From NCBI GenBank assembly GCA_041390145.1, contig JAWKQM010000003.1, positions 24,148-88,147 on the forward strand: a stretch of 64,000 nt of DNA, in the 5' to 3' direction. The notes under the pieces are model-generated. The model saw nothing but the letters and a program-made list of their open reading frames with translations. It made no database searches and had not been told where the DNA came from. Source of the DNA: Gemmatimonadales bacterium (GTDB taxonomy: Bacteria > Gemmatimonadota > Gemmatimonadetes > Gemmatimonadales > GWC2-71-9). Position 1 is the first letter of the stretch; each line of letters opens with the position of its first letter. This document shows positions 8,697-18,947 of this stretch, one piece after another. Made by a program: the position numbers and the translations under genes.

Positions 8697-9053
8697 CTAG
8701 CTCTTGCCCCGACGCGGGCGGCGGGTCTTCTTCCGGCGCGAGACCACCAGCGCCGCCTCCACCCACTCCTGCAGCTCCTCGGGGTTCTCCAGCACGTCCT
8801 CGGGTACGGTGTAGTACTGCATGCTCCCGCCGCCCGGGCCGTAGGGCTCGAAGGGCCCCATGCCCCGCGCCTCGAACATCGCCCGGTTGCTGTCATCCAC
8901 CTTGAAATAGACGGTGTCCTCGTCGATCAAGGCGAAGAAGAGATCCGCGCTGTAGATCCCGACCCCGCCGAACATCGAACGAGCGCGGATGGCCGGCGCC
9001 ACGCGACCGAGCTGCTCCAGCACGTAGGTCCGGAACGATGGGGAGACGCTCAT
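8697..9053 (-). CDS. TfoX/Sxy N-terminal domain protein.
   Basis: 'FRTYVLEQLGRVAPAIRARSMFGGVGIYSADLFFALIDEDTVYFKVDD' matches the TfoX_N pattern. Confidence 0.7.
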   Translation of the reverse strand: MSVSPSFRTYVLEQLGRVAPAIRARSMFGGVGIYSADLFFALIDEDTVYFKVDDSNRAMFEARGMGPFEPYGPGGGSMQYYTVPEDVLENPEELQEWVEAALVVSRRKKTRRPRRGKS

Positions 9054-9068
9054 GGGACACCCGCGCGG

Positions 9069-12000
9069 TCAGGGGGCGCGTACTGGCCGCTCGCCGAGTA
9101 TGCGGTCCAGCGTCGACAGGAGATGGTCGATGTCATCGGCGTCCACAGTGAGCGGTGGGCGGATCTTCAGTACGTTGTCGTCCGGTCCCTCCGTCCCGAT
9201 CAGGATCCGTTCCTGGCGCAGCCGGTTCTTGACGTAGTGGGCCACCCGCGTCGCCGGCGCCCGGGTGGCGCGATCGGTCACGAGATCGACGCCCACGAAG
9301 AGCCCGAGTCCCCGCACGTCACCGATGACTTCATGCCGAGCGTGGAGCGCCCGCAGCCCGTCGAGGAGGTGGGTGCCGGTCGCTGCCGCGTTGGCCTGCA
9401 GGCGGTCCTCCACCACGAGCCGCAGCACCTCGGTGCCGATGCGGCAGGACAGCGTGCTCCCGCCGAACGTCGAGAAGAACTCGATCCCGTTGCCGAAGGA
9501 GCGTGCAATCGCCGCGGTCGTGATCACCGCTCCGATCGGATGCCCGTTCCCCAGCGGCTTGCCGAGCACCACGATGTCAGGATCGGCCTGCTGCTGCTCG
9601 AACCCCCAGTAGTACGCGCCCAGCCGCCCGAGCCCGGTCTGGACCTCGTCGGCGATGCAGACCCCTCCCGCCGCCCGGATGCGCTCGTAGACGGCGGGTA
9701 GATACCCTGTCGGCGGGATGATCTGCCCCGCGACGCTCGGGAAGGTCTCCGCGATGAACCCAGCCAGGCGGCCGCCGCGGGCCTTCACCCGCTCGAGCGC
9801 GCCATCGACGGTACGCGCATAGCGCACGGCCGCATTGTCCCCGCGGTGCTCCCCGCGATAGGTGTCAGGCACCGGCACGACATGGACCCAGTCTGGTGCT
9901 CCTCCCCCTCCTGGCTTGTTGAACTTGTACGCCGAGATGTCGATGGCCCCGGTGGTGTTGCCGTGGTAGCCGTGGTCCACGACCACCATGTCCTTGCCTC
10001 CGGTGTGGGCGCGCGCCAGGCGGAGAGCCAGCTCGTTGGCCTCGCTCCCTGAATTGACCAGGAAGACGTGAGTCATCTGTGCGGGCATCTTGGCCAGCAG
10101 CGCCTTGCGAACTCGATCTGGGCGGGATGGAGGTAGCGGGTGTTCGTGTTCAGCCGTCCCATCTGGTCACACGCGACCGCGGCGAGCCGCGGATGCGCAT
10201 GCCCCACGTGTGGCACGTTGTTGTAGGCGTCCAGGTGCGGGCGGCCCCACTGGTCGTACAGGTGCGTGCGCCAGCCGCGAACGAAAAGGCACGGTTCGTC
10301 GTAGCTGAGCCGGAGGTTCGACGCGAAGCGATCGCGCCGCTTGCCCGTGATCCCCGCAGTGTCGAGGGGCCGATACGCGACACGATCGTCCGGAAGGTTC
10401 AGGAGCGGGGCGGGGTTGGGAGAAATCGCACGCCAGAGGGCCAAGTCGTCGGGGTCGGCAACGCCGGGCCAGTTGGCCGGCATCGCCTCGGGCGCCGCCA
10501 CCAGCTGGAAATGGAGGTGGGGCTGCCAGCCGCCGTTCTCCCCGGGCTCTCCAAGGTTGGCGAACACCTCTCCCCTCGCCACACGCTGGCCAGGCTTCAG
10601 CGCATCAACCATCGCCGAGGAGAGGTGGCCGTACAGCGTCGCGAAATCGTCGCCCGCCGGGGTCGTATGACGCAGGACGACCATGCCGCCGTAGTCCAGG
10701 TGCCCCTCCCGATACGCCACGACAGCTACGACCGCGTCACAGGGTGCGTGCACCTGCGTGCCGGCCTCCATGAAGAGGTCCACGCCAAGGTGCACGGTGC
10801 GTCGAGGGGCGCCACGGTAGGGTCCCGCGCGAAAGGCGGCGTCGGTGTAGATGCCGCGCGGCTCGCCGTAGCGACCAATCCATGCGGCCGTGCCGTGGAC
10901 GTCCGGCCCGAGCGCCCGCGCCTCGGCATCGCGCATCTGGTCGAGATCCCGCGGCATCGCCGATTCGGCGAAGGCCAGGGAAACGACGGGGGCGGAAGGC
11001 AGGTCGGCGGGTACAACCGGGGCAAAGGAGCCGCGTGAGGAGTCGAGCCACGCAAGCACGCGGCCCGCCGCGTCCGTCGCCGGCAGTCCGCAGGCTGCCC
11101 GCAGGTGAGCCGCCATGCGCGCTTCCGAAAAGTCCTGCGCCCGCTCGAGGAATCGCCAGGCGGGTGCCTCGGAGACGACGACATACGAGTCACCCGGCCG
11201 CTCCTTTGCCACCATTGCCGAGTTGACGACGCTCACCGCCAGGCGCGTCAGCAGTAGCGGCCAGATCAGCTCGAGCTGCGCGCCCGACAGCGGTGTCTCG
11301 GCGTGGTAGCCGGCCACCAGTGCGGCGATCGCACGCTCCGGATGCGGATGATCGAGCGCCACGTAGGCAGCCGCGATGGCAATTTCCGCGACGATCGGCC
11401 CGAGGATGAGATCGCCGAGATCGAGGATGCCGGTGACGCGTGGGGTGCCGTCCTCCTCCGGCGCGACGAGGACGTTGTAGTCGTTCACGTCGTTGTGAAT
11501 CGGTGCCAGTGGTTGCCCGCTGAGCGCGGACAGGAGCTTGGCGTGGCGCGCCAGCACGCGGCCGAGCAACGCCCGGCGATCAAGGTCCCCAATGCGGTCG
11601 AGATGCGCGGCGATCCATCCGGCGTGTCGCAGGTCCCACTTCATGCCCCGCTGCAGTTGCGGATGCGTGAAGCCCACCAGTGCACGATCCAGGCGGGCCA
11701 CGCAGCCGCCGAGCTCATGGATGAGGGGAAGGGTGTGGGGGAAAGTGGAGGCGTACACCTCCCCGGGCAGGGCGGCGAGGAGCCACAGGAACCGGGGCTG
11801 CCCACGCTCGTCAGGCCGGGCACACCACAGCTCTCCGGAAGGAAGCGGTAGCACTGGCGGGACCGGGACCGTGTCGTCGCGTGTCCGGATCTGGACGTGC
11901 GCGGTGCAGAGCATCTCGACGAACGCGTGGTCCGATGACGACCGCATGACCTTCAGCACGAACTGTCGGCCATCGTGCGCGTCCACCCGGAAGTTCAGGT

Positions 12001-12088
12001 CGAACTCGCCCGCGAGCGGGTGCAGGTCGCCCTCGATTCCCCAAGCCTGGTGCAGCTGCTCCGCCCAATGCGCCCTGCCGTCCGTCAT
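9069..12088 (-). pseudogene. Fusion of an APH-like kinase, an M23/LytM-like domain and a class-III PLP aminotransferase (phospho-lyase-like). The frame is broken once, by an apparent 1-nt loss near 10103-10107.
   Basis: ORFs 10073..12088 and 9069..10088 join as '...YLHPAQIEFA|(K)ALLAKMPAQMTHVFLVNSGSEANELALRLA'. Total length is 3020 nt (2 mod 3). Motifs: 'HNDVNDYN' and 'ILDLGD' (kinase); 'HLGVDLF...HAP...PHLHFQL' (M23); 'NVPHVGHAHPR', 'DEVQTGLGR' and 'VVLGKPLGNGHP' (aminotransferase). Confidence 0.75.
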
Positions 12089-12133
12089 TGCGGCTCCCGT
12101 GGGTTGCCCTGCCGCAAAGCTAATCGGGGACGG

Positions 12134-12586
12134 CTACGCGCCGTCTGGAATGTTGGGCTCAACGAGGTGGGCCAGCAGCGCCAGCGACTCCTGCCAACCG
12201 AGGTGGCAGAACTCGACCGGAATGGGGGCCGGAATCCCTTCTTGGACGACCGTGAGTTCCGTCCCGCACGAGACGGGAGCCAGCGAGATCGAGACCTGCA
12301 TTTCACCCGGTAGATTCGGGTCGTCGAATCGATCGGTATACCGAATTCGCTCGTTCGGGGTGAGTTCGACGTAGGTACCACCGAAAGAGTGGCTCGATCC
12401 GGTGCCGAAGTTGGTGAAGGACATGGTGTAGCCGCCACCCACGCGCGCGTCCATTTGGTGGACCCTGCCGGTGAAACCGTGTGGCGGCAGCCACTTTGCC
12501 ATCGCATCAGGGTCAAGCAACGCACGGTAGACGCGCTCCGGCGGCGCCCGGAGGACCCGGTAAAGGCGGACGGTGCCTGTGGACAT
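12134..12586 (-). CDS. SRPBCC / AHSA1 (Aha1-like) domain protein.
   Basis: Trimmed to the ATG at 12586. 'RVLRAPPERVYRALLDPDAMAKWLPPHGF...GGTYVELTPNERIRYTDRFDD' is typical of AHSA1/START-like proteins. Confidence 0.75.
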   Translation of the reverse strand: MSTGTVRLYRVLRAPPERVYRALLDPDAMAKWLPPHGFTGRVHQMDARVGGGYTMSFTNFGTGSSHSFGGTYVELTPNERIRYTDRFDDPNLPGEMQVSISLAPVSCGTELTVVQEGIPAPIPVEFCHLGWQESLALLAHLVEPNIPDGA

Positions 12587-12611
12587 CGGTGGTCTCCGGC
12601 CCGGGTAACTG

Positions 12612-13034
12612 TCAGGTGGTGGATCGGCCGCGGGCGAGCCAGGCGTCGAGACTGTATGGGCCGGCGCCCCAGGCCGCAAAGGTCAGCCAGATGAAGGAAT
12701 AGAGCAGCACCATCTCACCGCGATTGCTCCACCACCAGATCTGGCCGCTGTTGGCGGCATGGACCCAGAAGTAGGCCACGGCCATCTCGCCCGAAGCGAT
12801 GAAGGCCGCGAGGCGGGTGCCGAGGCCCAGCACCAGGCAGGTGCCCGCGACCACTTCGATGACGCCCGCTGCGCCGAACCGTGTCATGAGGTCCACGGTG
12901 CCACCGTCGGAGCCCATGCCGCCAAACCACCCGAACAGCTTCTGCGCGCCGTGGGAGAAGTAGGTCAGGCCGGCCGCAATGCGGAGGGCTGTCTGGGCCG
13001 CGGGGAGGTAACGGCTGTTCGTGGGAGGGGTCAC
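12612..13034 (-). CDS. DoxX-family membrane protein.
   Basis: 'RIAAGLTYFSHGAQKLFGWFGG...VIEVVAGTCLVLGLGTRLAA'. GTG at 13034 is preceded by GAGGTG; the longer start at 13100 has no SD. Confidence 0.7.
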   Translation of the reverse strand: MTPPTNSRYLPAAQTALRIAAGLTYFSHGAQKLFGWFGGMGSDGGTVDLMTRFGAAGVIEVVAGTCLVLGLGTRLAAFIASGEMAVAYFWVHAANSGQIWWWSNRGEMVLLYSFIWLTFAAWGAGPYSLDAWLARGRSTT

Positions 13035-13127
13035 GGAATCACCTCGGGACGGAAGAAGAAAGTCTGGAGCGGTGCCCTCCGCGCTGCGCGCAGAGGACAC
13101 CGCTACAGTGCCCGGTCAGAATGTCAG

Positions 13128-14549
13128 TTATTGCACTCGCTGGATTCCCGGTGGCAGCCACGTCCCGTTGAGCGCCTCCTCCTTCGGCCAATACAGGCGG
13201 AGCACCATGTAGATCGGGCCATTCGGCGCCGGCAGCCAGTTGGCCTTCCGGGCAGGGTCGGTGGGTGCGTCGTGCTGGATGTACATCGTCAGCGACCCGT
13301 CGGCGTTCTTCTTCAGCTGGGGGAGCATTGGCGAATTGATGAGGTAACGATTGATCGGGTTCTCGACCAGGAGTTGCGACTTGGCGTCGTACATCGTCAC
13401 CGACCAGAACGCGTTCACCGGCGGCAGGGCATCGGCTGGAAAGGTCAGCGTATAGTTGGCCTGGGAGCCGTCTAGTATCCCGCCGTCGGCGTCGTTGTGC
13501 GTAATGGCATACGCCGCCTCCGCGGGGTCATTGGCCAGGATGCCGCCGACCGCCACCGCCGAGAGCTGTGCCCAATCACCGTTGTACACGCTGCGGTCGC
13601 CGATGCCCGAGGTGACATACACCCACCCAGCGACCTCCTTGCCGAGGGTCTGCAGCTTCGTCTTGATCGCCGCCTCGGCCGGCTTGATGGCCTCGGCCAT
13701 CGCCGCCTTCGTGGAATCGCTCAGCGCGACGGTGGGGTAGGGCTTGCCGGCCTCGATGCCGATGCTGGCGAACTGCTTCCGGAGCGGCACCTCGACCGCG
13801 GCCGGTCCGGTGGGTGGGGCAAACTGGAGCAGGAAGGCGAGGTAGCGGAACACACCCGATCGCTGATCCGCCTTGTTGGTCGCCGGCCAATCGATTGCGG
13901 GAGCCGCCGGGGGGGCGGCCTGACCCAGGAACGCCGACAGCGGCTGGACCTGGTACTTCGCCTGAATCGCCTTCACGTTGTCGAGGTCGGCCGCGTTGAA
14001 CAGCTGCGTCCTGAATGTGGCAAGCGCAAAGTCCGTCCCGGAAATGAAGACCTTGCCCACGCCGTCGGGAGTCGCGCCGGTCCAGGAGGGGCCGCCCACC
14101 ATGTAACAGCCAGCGCCGTTACCGGTGGTCCGACTGCCCATGTACCCAAAATTGTAAGTGTAGAGCGACGTCAGCATGACCGAGTAGTAGCGATCCTTCT
14201 CGATCTCCGGCACACAGATCACCATGGGCTCCGCGCGCAGGTCCATCCAGAGCCAGGAGTATGGCGTGTCGCTGTTGGGAGTGATGATGGCGCTGTCGAG
14301 GGGAGTGTACACCTTCGGGACATTGGCGATCGTATTGAATGGCCCCTTGTACTCGCTGGAGCTCGTGTCAATCGCGTAGGGGTACATGATCCCGTACACC
14401 ATGGACATGGGCAGTCCGTAGAGGAACGCCTGCTCCGCGATCGGCGTGACGTCGGCCGGGGATGGCGCGGGCTTGGCACAACCCGTCGCCAGGGAGATCG
14501 CCAGCGCAGCGGCAAGCGGGATGCGAAGTGCAGCGGCATGCGTCGTCAT
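13128..14549 (-). CDS. DUF1254/DUF1214 two-domain lipoprotein.
   Basis: Lipobox 'SLATGC'. 'NSDTPYSWLWMDLRAEPMVICVPEIEKDRYYSVMLTSLYTYNFGY' is DUF1254-like; the C-terminal 'FWSVTMYD...NWLPAPNGPIYMVLRLYWP' is DUF1214-like. Confidence 0.8.
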   Translation of the reverse strand: MTTHAAALRIPLAAALAISLATGCAKPAPSPADVTPIAEQAFLYGLPMSMVYGIMYPYAIDTSSSEYKGPFNTIANVPKVYTPLDSAIITPNSDTPYSWLWMDLRAEPMVICVPEIEKDRYYSVMLTSLYTYNFGYMGSRTTGNGAGCYMVGGPSWTGATPDGVGKVFISGTDFALATFRTQLFNAADLDNVKAIQAKYQVQPLSAFLGQAAPPAAPAIDWPATNKADQRSGVFRYLAFLLQFAPPTGPAAVEVPLRKQFASIGIEAGKPYPTVALSDSTKAAMAEAIKPAEAAIKTKLQTLGKEVAGWVYVTSGIGDRSVYNGDWAQLSAVAVGGILANDPAEAAYAITHNDADGGILDGSQANYTLTFPADALPPVNAFWSVTMYDAKSQLLVENPINRYLINSPMLPQLKKNADGSLTMYIQHDAPTDPARKANWLPAPNGPIYMVLRLYWPKEEALNGTWLPPGIQRVQ

Positions 14550-14734
14550 GGATATCGATTCGGTTGAGTGGGGGATGGAGCCATGGTGGATTGCGAATGG
14601 GGCGAACGCCCACCTGGTACCGAATCATAGGACGGACCTGCTGCCGGGGAAAGTGCACGTCCGATTGGGCGCCCGCCCGGCGCCAACCGGCCCCACTTGT
14701 CGATGGGTCGGCCAGCCGCCACGCCCCCCCCCTG

Positions 14735-16114
14735 CTACTGGCCTTGGGAAGCCTGCTGCCGCTGGAGTTCCGTGACCGCCGCCTCAAGCGCGGCGTCCCG
14801 GTTGGCGAGAAAGTCCTGAACCGTCCGTGGCACCAGGAGCTGAGGCTGTACCCCACGGCCCACCAGGTCGGTGCCGACGTTTGCCGAGGTGGAGACGCGC
14901 CCAAACCCGCCGCCGGGCAGCGCGAAGCCCACCGGGTCACCCGTGGTGCCTCCGGTCGCTTCGCCGATGATCGTTCCTCGTTCCATGGCCCGGAAGGTCT
15001 CGGCGAACACGTCCGTCGCCGAAATCGACCGGGGGCCGGTCAGGAGCACCACCGGCTTCCTGTAGTAGGCACTGGGCTGGCCCGGCGCGGTCTGCTTGTC
15101 GGCCGTGTACCAGGACCCGGCCGTGCCCCAGGCGCGCAGGGTCGGTACATACTGGCGCGACTTCCACTGCGGCAGGGGAATCGCGACCGGGGAGAGATAG
15201 CCGAGGATCGCGTACGCGATCAGCCCGCTCCCGCCATCGTTTTGCCGCACATCGATGATCAGACCATCGCTGGCCAGAACGGCGGGCCACGCGGCGAGCA
15301 GCGGCTCCTCGATGGCCGGGTCCCCGAAGGTATTGATGGCCAGGTAGGCCAGGTTGCCGGGCAGCTGGCGAAACTCCATCGCCGGAAGGGAGGTGACCTT
15401 CGTGTATCCTGAGCGAGTGAGTCGCAGCGTGAACTCGGCTCCCGTGGGCCGCCGGAAGCCGACCGTTACGGGAGTCTCGCGGTCACCGGCAAGCAGCCCG
15501 TAGGTGTACCGCAGGACCTCGGTGTGCTGCGGCGAATTGCTGCTCACGTATGGCGCGCGCTCACGCGCGACGAAGGCGGGGAGCGGCGTCCCGTCGATCG
15601 ACACAATCTCGAGACCGCGCGACACGCCGAGCGAGTCCAGCGACGGGCTCTCCACCGCGGCCACGAACACGCGGTGGTCGATGACCTCGAGGCGAAGCGG
15701 TGGCGCGCCTTGCCGCCTCGTGATGTCCTTGGGCATGAAGACGTCGGTGTGCCCATCGTGGAGGAGGGCGACCATCGACTGGAGGACCCGATAGTACTCA
15801 TAGGTGCTCGTCGTGGCGCGCACCTTCGGGATGTAGTCGATGAAGGTCTTGTCCCAGTCGAGGTCCGGCACCAGCGCGAAGTTCGGGAAGTTGATCTTCA
15901 CCTCCATCCAGAGGCGACTGAGGCCGGCAATCTTCTCGTCTTCCGTGATGTTCTCGGCATAGGGCACACCCCAGGCGGCGTCGCTTCCCCAGATGACGCC
16001 GTCCCGTTCGAGCAGTTCCTGCCGGGAGGGTGTGGGCGATTGTGCGGCGGCAAGCGGGGCAGTGGCGAGGAGGATGGGCATGAGCAACAGGACCGGGAGT
16101 CGGCGGGGCACCAT
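14735..16114 (-). CDS. Secreted S41-family (tail-specific-protease-like) peptidase.
   Basis: Signal 'LLLMPILLATAPLAAAQ'. 'LIIDVRQNDGGSG' and 'VVLLTGPRSISATDVFAETF' match the S41 Ser/Lys dyad region. Confidence 0.75.
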   Translation of the reverse strand: MVPRRLPVLLLMPILLATAPLAAAQSPTPSRQELLERDGVIWGSDAAWGVPYAENITEDEKIAGLSRLWMEVKINFPNFALVPDLDWDKTFIDYIPKVRATTSTYEYYRVLQSMVALLHDGHTDVFMPKDITRRQGAPPLRLEVIDHRVFVAAVESPSLDSLGVSRGLEIVSIDGTPLPAFVARERAPYVSSNSPQHTEVLRYTYGLLAGDRETPVTVGFRRPTGAEFTLRLTRSGYTKVTSLPAMEFRQLPGNLAYLAINTFGDPAIEEPLLAAWPAVLASDGLIIDVRQNDGGSGLIAYAILGYLSPVAIPLPQWKSRQYVPTLRAWGTAGSWYTADKQTAPGQPSAYYRKPVVLLTGPRSISATDVFAETFRAMERGTIIGEATGGTTGDPVGFALPGGGFGRVSTSANVGTDLVGRGVQPQLLVPRTVQDFLANRDAALEAAVTELQRQQASQGQ

Positions 16115-16310
16115 CGTGGCGGGCTCCTCAGGCGGCAGGTTCCAGTGCGGGGACGATGGTATGTCCTACGGACCGGGCGTCGGAAAGTGTCGCCTGGTTT
16201 GCGGCTCGGAAGCGGCCAGCGTACTGTAGATGTCGACTGCGACCAATTGTCACACACCGGCATCCCGACAGAGGTCCATGGCCACTCCAACCCTTCCCCA
16301 GAACCGGAGC

Positions 16311-16775
16311 ATGACACCGATGCTACGTACCCTGTGCTGCCTGATGGTGCTGAACGCCACCGCACTCGCCGCCCAGCAGTCTCCCTTTGCCGGGACATGG
16401 CGGATTTCCTATCCGGTCGGGGCAACGATTGAAAACGGGGTAGCCACCCCGATCCTGGGCTCCGGTACGCTCGCCATCGCCACCGTAGCCGACTCCCTGG
16501 TCGGTGAACTCAACATGGACCCCGATCCCGAATTTCCCCCCCGGCCGGCACAGCGCCTGGCGGCCAAGGCAGCGGCGCCCGAGGCCACGTTCGTGTCGCA
16601 CACGGAGGCTACCCTGAGCATGAACGGATCGGAGAGCAAGGCGACCGTGATCAGCACGTGGAAGCTGACCGTGAAAGGCGATTCGCTGTCCGGGACGGTG
16701 GAGCGGGTGCTGGAAGGGTACGAGGCCGCCAACCAGCCGCCGCACGAGGTGACCGGGGTGCGGCAGAAGAACTGA
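16311..16775 (+). CDS. Secreted hypothetical protein.
   Basis: Trimmed to the ATG at 16311. Signal 'MTPMLRTLCCLMVLNATALAAQQ'. High GC3. No family recognised. Confidence 0.55.
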   Translation: MTPMLRTLCCLMVLNATALAAQQSPFAGTWRISYPVGATIENGVATPILGSGTLAIATVADSLVGELNMDPDPEFPPRPAQRLAAKAAAPEATFVSHTEATLSMNGSESKATVISTWKLTVKGDSLSGTVERVLEGYEAANQPPHEVTGVRQKN

Positions 16776-16789
16776 GGGGGCGGGGCAGC

Positions 16790-17413
16790 CTAGAAGCGAA
16801 ATCCCACGCCGAACCCAATGGTCATCGGATCGATCTTCAGCTCCGCCAGATCGCTGCCGGACGATTGAAAGGTGAGGCGGTCGGTATTCCACCGCAGGTC
16901 AAGATTGAGCAGGACGGCCGGGGCGAGCGCGAACTCGACCCCGGCCTGGACCGCCGGGCCGAGGTACGGGGGAACATCAAGAGTGTCCAGCACCCCGGAC
17001 TTTTCCCAAGCCACGGTGAAGGTCGCGCCGAGCCCCAGATATGGTTGCCAGGCTCCGTGGACTCGGGGCTGATACTGGACGAGCAGACTCATCGGCAACA
17101 ACTCCACCGACCCATACCGCAGGGAAGGCCCGCTCGAGGGCACGGAATCGACTTCGCGGGACTCCGTGCGCAGGGTGAACGCCGCCGCCCAGCGCGCCCC
17201 GATCTGTCGCTGGAGCGCGATCTCCAGGCCGATCCCGCTGTAGCTCTCGAAGCCCGCCGGGGAAGAGCTGTACGAGCCGCCGGCGACAAAGGCCCGGGTA
17301 AACAGCGTCCAGTTCGGGGCTGTGGCCTCCTGGGCCTGTGTCGTTCCGATCACCCCGACAAGGAACAGGGTGAGCGCGAGGGCGGGTCGGTACTGGGTAC
17401 GGAGGAGACGCAT
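16790..17413 (-). CDS. Outer-membrane beta-barrel protein (OmpW-like).
   Basis: Trimmed to the ATG at 17413. Signal '...GVIGTTQAQE'. Alternating beta-strand pattern. C-terminal 'IGFGVGFRF' ends in Phe. Confidence 0.65.
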   Translation of the reverse strand: MRLLRTQYRPALALTLFLVGVIGTTQAQEATAPNWTLFTRAFVAGGSYSSSPAGFESYSGIGLEIALQRQIGARWAAAFTLRTESREVDSVPSSGPSLRYGSVELLPMSLLVQYQPRVHGAWQPYLGLGATFTVAWEKSGVLDTLDVPPYLGPAVQAGVEFALAPAVLLNLDLRWNTDRLTFQSSGSDLAELKIDPMTIGFGVGFRF

Positions 17414-17661
17414 CGGTCGGTCCCGTGGAAGTCGCCACAATGATGCGGGCCCAGTCCTGAAGACCCCGTGAATTCGTGCTGAATCCATTGCACGGGGCCC
17501 GGCTTCAACCCATGCAACCCCCTGTTCGCGGTCCACCTGGGTCCACCCGATCGAGCGCTTGAGGAATCGCGGGGAGAGAGCCAGGGCGGCGAGAGCACCA
17601 CGCCGTGCAGCCGGCACCAATACTGGGCTGATGGTAGGCTAAGGCCAGGGGAGGTAAATGG

Positions 17662-18240
17662 TTATGGCGTCAGGAATCGGGCGACGTGCAGCGGTGCCGT
17701 CATCGGGGTCAGGGGATCCAGGGCAGGAGGGAGGAACAGGCCGAGCAGGGTGAGCGCCAGGATCAGGGTGCCGAAGATGATGAGGGCGACGTTGGCGCCT
17801 GAAAAGTGGTCGTTCCGGGGGGCCTCGGGTGTCAGCTGGGCGTTGATGGCGTTCGCGGTCCTCTGTGCAGGGAGGAGCGGAAGAAAAGAGAATATTGTGA
17901 TGAGCCAGTACGGATCGGGGAGGCGCCAGCACCCAAGCATGATGAAGTAGGCCGTTGCCATGGCGCCGGCGCTGAGGGCCGGCACGCCGGTCAGCCGTGC
18001 GCCCTCCCCGCGGATGCGCTTGAACAGGCTGTACGCAAAGAGCGGCGAGAAGAAGGCGCGCCAGAAGAGCGAGAGTGGCTCACCGGTCTGCGCGCGTTCA
18101 AACTTCCACTGCTGGTAGAACCAATAGACGTCGTACATGCCAAGTGAAGCGATCGAGAGCACGGACAGCTTGACGGCCGAGACGGCGAAGAACCGTGGTG
18201 TTGGTGCGGTGTCAGCGCCGGGTCCTGGCGTAGCGCTCAT
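17662..18240 (-). CDS. Integral membrane protein, function unknown.
   Basis: ATG at 18240 is preceded by GGAGGGTGAG, which contains the upstream gene's stop codon. 4-5 hydrophobic spans ('LSVLSIASLGMYDVYWFY'). Confidence 0.6.
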   Translation of the reverse strand: MSATPGPGADTAPTPRFFAVSAVKLSVLSIASLGMYDVYWFYQQWKFERAQTGEPLSLFWRAFFSPLFAYSLFKRIRGEGARLTGVPALSAGAMATAYFIMLGCWRLPDPYWLITIFSFLPLLPAQRTANAINAQLTPEAPRNDHFSGANVALIIFGTLILALTLLGLFLPPALDPLTPMTAPLHVARFLTP

Positions 18241-18241
18241 C

Positions 18242-18838
18242 TCACCCTCCATGGCATGTCAGAGCGGCCGGGGGATCGGGCGTCCCGTAGCTGGCCCGGA
18301 GGAGCCGGGGCGGCAGGCTGTCGGGCAGCTCGAGAACAAAGATGGTCGCGTTCTCGCCATCGCAGAGCTCCGGCACTGCCGGCCCACCCAGCGCGGCGAT
18401 AAGCAGCCCAACCGTATTGGAATGCCCCACAATCAGCGCCGCGCTGCCGGGCTCCATCAATCGGATGGCTTGCGCGGTGGCCGCGGCCTGGGCCGTCTTG
18501 TCGCCGTGAATGGGAATGGACGTCGGCGTCAGGTGGAACGCCTCCGCTGTCGGGGCCGCCGTCAGCAGCGTGCGCCGGTATTCCGATACAAAGATCCCCT
18601 GGAGTGGAAACTCGGCGAGCGTGGTGCGCAGCGCCTGCGCGCGAGCCATCCCTGCCTCGGTCAGTGCCGGGTCTCCGCTCTCGGCCTGTTTCTCCGCGTG
18701 ACGGACGATGACCACCGCGGACGCCTGGGCGGCCAGGGGGGTGGTGGTGAAGACGACGGCCAGCGCCAGTGCAGGGAGGAGCCCCTTGGCGGGGATCAGT
18801 CGGGCGACCCGAAGATCGCCGGCCAGTGCGCATGCCAT
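18242..18838 (-). CDS. Secreted histidine-phosphatase superfamily protein (SixA/PGAM-like).
   Basis: 'VVIVRHAEK' (RHxE catalytic His) and 'LIVGHSNT'. Trimmed to the ATG at 18838 because the longer ORF overlaps the ADOP gene. Confidence 0.7.
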   Translation of the reverse strand: MACALAGDLRVARLIPAKGLLPALALAVVFTTTPLAAQASAVVIVRHAEKQAESGDPALTEAGMARAQALRTTLAEFPLQGIFVSEYRRTLLTAAPTAEAFHLTPTSIPIHGDKTAQAAATAQAIRLMEPGSAALIVGHSNTVGLLIAALGGPAVPELCDGENATIFVLELPDSLPPRLLRASYGTPDPPAALTCHGG

Positions 18839-18947
18839 GAGCTCGTCTCCCGCCTTCAGTCCAATGCGGTACAGGAAATCCCAGTGTAACCCCGGGTTGA
18901 CTTGCGTCAAGCGGGCCGCGGAGAGGAAGGGGGGAGACGAGCCCCGG

